A stretch of DNA of 64,000 bases from Dehalococcoidia bacterium (GTDB lineage Bacteria; Chloroflexota; Dehalococcoidia; Lucifugimonadales; UBA3495). The notes beneath the pieces are model-generated. The model saw only the letters and a list, made by a program, of their open reading frames with translations, was not told the origin of the DNA and did no database searches. Location: positions 1,230 to 65,229 of the forward strand of contig JAJDTP010000011.1 of NCBI GenBank assembly GCA_022827095.1. The letters run 5' to 3'. The translations under genes were made by a program, and so were the position numbers. Below are positions 61,542-64,000 of this stretch, in pieces (positions within the stretch are counted from its first letter, which is position 1; each line of letters begins with the position of its first letter).

Positions 61542-62702
61542 ATGACCCACGTTCGCGTGATCCCGGACAGGTATACGCGGGACACTTTCGACGCATCCCA
61601 ATATCCGGGGCTTGATGCGCCGGCGTCGACCGGTCCGGTCATCGAAATCTGCACCGACGGGGCGACGCTGGATCTTTCCGGCGCGGTGCTGGACGGTGAA
61701 GGGAACGGCGGCGTTGGGATTTGGGTCCACGATTGCCGGGACGTAACCATTGCCAACGGTATTGTGATCGGGTTCCACTACGGTATACACGCGGAAAACG
61801 TGAGCAATCTCAACATCCGCGGCTGCGTGGTGTCGGACAACACGAATCCAGCGGACGCCGGTTGGCTGCCGGATATCGAAGCACCGATGGAAGAGGGCTT
61901 CGGCGGCGGCATCTATTTGCGCGCGGTGCGGAACAGCGTGATCGAGAACAATCAAACCGGTAACAACTTCAACGGCATAAGCCTGGTGCGCTCGGACCAC
62001 AACGTGATTTCGGGGAACAACGCGTCGTTCTGCGGAAACGTGGGAATTTACCTGCTGAAGTCCAGCCATAACCGGGTCTTGGACAATCAGGCCGAGCACT
62101 GCATCCGCTACACCGACCGCTTCTGGTGCGACACCGCGGACTCGGCTGGCATCCTGCTGGAGGACGGGTCGCATCACAACCGGATTTCCGGCAACAACCT
62201 GCGCTACAGCGGAGACGGGTCCTTCATACGGGGACACCACGGCGAGCCTTCTCGCGACAATTTCGTAGCCCGCAATGACGCCAGTTATTCTCCCAACAAC
62301 GCTTTCGAGGCGGTGTTCACCTCGGGCAACGTGTTCGAAGACAACGTCGCCAACTTTTGCAACTATGGTTTCTGGCTGGACTATTCAACGGGCTCAACGG
62401 TCCGGGGAAACGAAATACTGGCCAATCGTTTCGATGGTATCGCCATCGAACACGGGCAGGACAATGCCATCGAAGGCAACCGCATTGAGGGAAACCGACA
62501 CGGCATTCGGCTCTGGAGCGACGGGGCAGGACAAACGTCGGCAAGCAAGGACGGCCCCAGGCGTCGCTATACCGTTTCGCGCAACCGTGTCACCAACTCT
62601 CGACAGTGCGGTATCTTCGTAACGGACGATCACGACGCGTTCCTGGAGGAAAACGTCTACGAATCGAACGCCTGCGACCACCGGAGCCAACCCCTTCAGT
62701 AA
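61542..62702 (+). CDS. right-handed parallel beta-helix repeat (NosD/CASH-like) protein
   Basis: About 386 aa (GTG 61536 is an alternative start). It has iterated N-rich coils: VIENNQTGNNFNGISL, VISGNNASFCGNVGIYL, RISGNNLRYSGDG, TVRGNEILANRFDGIAI, AIEGNRIEGNRHGIRL. No signal peptide is seen. Confidence 0.8.
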   Translation: MTHVRVIPDRYTRDTFDASQYPGLDAPASTGPVIEICTDGATLDLSGAVLDGEGNGGVGIWVHDCRDVTIANGIVIGFHYGIHAENVSNLNIRGCVVSDNTNPADAGWLPDIEAPMEEGFGGGIYLRAVRNSVIENNQTGNNFNGISLVRSDHNVISGNNASFCGNVGIYLLKSSHNRVLDNQAEHCIRYTDRFWCDTADSAGILLEDGSHHNRISGNNLRYSGDGSFIRGHHGEPSRDNFVARNDASYSPNNAFEAVFTSGNVFEDNVANFCNYGFWLDYSTGSTVRGNEILANRFDGIAIEHGQDNAIEGNRIEGNRHGIRLWSDGAGQTSASKDGPRRRYTVSRNRVTNSRQCGIFVTDDHDAFLEENVYESNACDHRSQPLQ

Positions 62703-62753
62703 CCCACGCTGTTGATTGATGTTCATCAGAGTGAATTCAACCCGAGGGAAACC

Positions 62754-64000
62754 ATGAAATACGATGTGGCAATAGTCGGAGCCGGGTCTGCCGGCTCGGT
62801 GCTGGCCGCCCGCCTATCAGAAGACCCGGGATGCTCGGTCCTGCTGTTGGAGGCCGGGCCGGACTATCCGGATTTCGAACGCCTGCCCGACGAGCTCAAG
62901 TACGGCTTTGCCGCCTTCCCGACCCCGCCGGCGACGCGAACCGCCGCCGGCCACCCGGACTGGTTGACCACCGACCCGCATAACTGGCAGTTCACCGCAA
63001 CCGCAACCGACCTTGCGCCACCGATGCTGGTGCCTCGTGGCAAGGTTACCGGCGGTTCCAGCGCCATCAATTCCTCGGCGTTCTACCGGGGCGTTCCCGA
63101 GGATTTCGACGCCTGGGCCGCGCGCGGGAATGATGAGTGGAGTTATGAGAAGGTCCTGCCGTTCTTCCGCAAGTCGGAAACGGACATTGACCAGCACGGC
63201 GACTTCCACGGTTCAGAAGGGCCCATCTTCGTGCACCATTCCAATCCGGAGGCGTGGGACGCAATCCAGCGGGCCTTCTTCAGCGCCTGCCGGGCCAGCG
63301 GCTACGACGAGGCCGACGATCACAACCATCCGGACTCCAACGGTGTAGGCCCGGGTGTAACCAACAACCACAACGGGGTGCGGTTCAGCACCGCCCTGGG
63401 CTACCTCGGCCAGTGCCGCCACCGGCTCAACCTGACGGTGCGACCCAACTGCTAGGCCCAGCGGATCCATTTTGAGGGTAACCGCGCCACTGGTCTGCTG
63501 GTGGAGAGCGGTGGTCAGACGTTCAACGTTGAGGCTGAGCAGATCATCCTCAGCGCGGGCGCGGTCGGTTCACCTCATTTGTTGCTGCTTTCCGGCGTCG
63601 GGCCGGCCGTACAGTTGGGAGGCGTGGGTGTTCCGGTGGTACACGACCTGCCCGGCGTGGGGCGCAATCTGAAAGACCACCCGAAGGTCTATGTCACCTG
63701 GGAAGTGGGCGATGGCTTCGACGCCGTTTCCAACCGGGGAGCCGGTGGGGCGGCGTTGCGTCTGACCGCACCCGGTTCCCATTTGAGAAACGACTTGGGG
63801 ATTAGTCTTTCCGGACCGGCTGTGCCTCGGGTCAAGGCAACCGGCGCCTCGGATGTTGCGTCAGCGGCGCGTGCCGAGGGTGGGGGTAACGTTCGCCACC
63901 TCGAAATGATGGTGGCCCTGCTGTTGCCGGAAAGCCAGGGAGAGTTGACGCTCACCTCGTCCGACCACCGGGTACAACCCGCCATGCGCTACAACTACCT
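62754..64000 (+). pseudogene. GMC-family FAD oxidoreductase, paralog 3, interrupted by an in-frame TAG at 63453-63455 (3' end outside the window)
   Basis: The N-terminus is MKYDVAIVGAGSAGS. After the TAG the same frame continues AQRIHFEGNRATGLLVESGGQTF ... SAGAVGSPHLLLLSGVGP ... GVGRNLKDHP, collinear with the two intact paralogs. Confidence 0.8.

Noticed and set aside
63453-63455. TAG as a pyrrolysine or other programmed recoding site
   Set aside because: No pyl genes or recoding signals are in the window. The aligned residue in a paralog is Gln (CAG), so a simple nonsense mutation or a sequencing error is the more economical explanation.
1-64000. Search by eye for CRISPR arrays, tRNA/rRNA genes, integrases and transposases
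   Set aside because: No regularly spaced direct repeats, no cloverleaf-like or rRNA-like segments in the intergenic regions, and no integrase or transposase motifs were seen. The low-G+C patches are therefore not called mobile elements. A tRNAscan/Infernal run would be the definitive check.

Overview
High-G+C bacterial chromosomal segment, roughly 60-65% G+C by eye (not computed). The gene content is dominated by luciferase-like monooxygenases, GMC oxidoreductases, LigB-type dioxygenases, amidohydrolases, beta-propeller proteins and a DUF1800/DUF1501 pair. This is reminiscent of marine or soil Chloroflexota such as SAR202, but taxonomy cannot be established from the window alone. About 60 protein-coding genes are supported. 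By eye I saw no rRNA, tRNA, CRISPR array, integrase or transposase. The housekeeping anchor is alaS-ruvX (minus strand), with a vapBC toxin-antitoxin pair inserted between the two genes. Most of the rest is catabolic paralog clusters: 3 GMC oxidoreductases, 3 luciferase-like monooxygenases, 2 LigB-like dioxygenases, 2 PuuE-like deacetylases, 2 VOC proteins and 2 MFS transporters. The candidates for something new sit in visibly lower-G+C patches. (1) 24466-28005: an SF2 helicase fused to zinc ribbons, a coiled-coil linker and a DUF4357-like tail. It is followed by three overlapping small genes: an unknown protein, a HEPN-like protein, and a BrnA-type antitoxin with no BrnT or MNT partner. The composition break lies inside the helicase ORF. 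(2) 5396-7141: an AAA_15/21-type ABC ATPase plus a DUF4276 protein, which looks like a split OLD/PARIS-like module. (3) 10286-11959: a hairpin-bounded AT-rich islet holding a stand-alone HsdR-N-like PD-(D/E)xK domain and three small unknown genes, one of them absent from the ORF track. Also notable are two families of palindromic MITE/REP-like repeats (one copy lies in frame inside the helicase gene), an in-frame TAG in the third GMC paralog, a Cys-rich small ORF upstream of a signal-less beta-helix protein, and a DUF1800-DUF1501-NHL operon without signal peptides. All family assignments come from motif recognition by eye and need profile searches to confirm.
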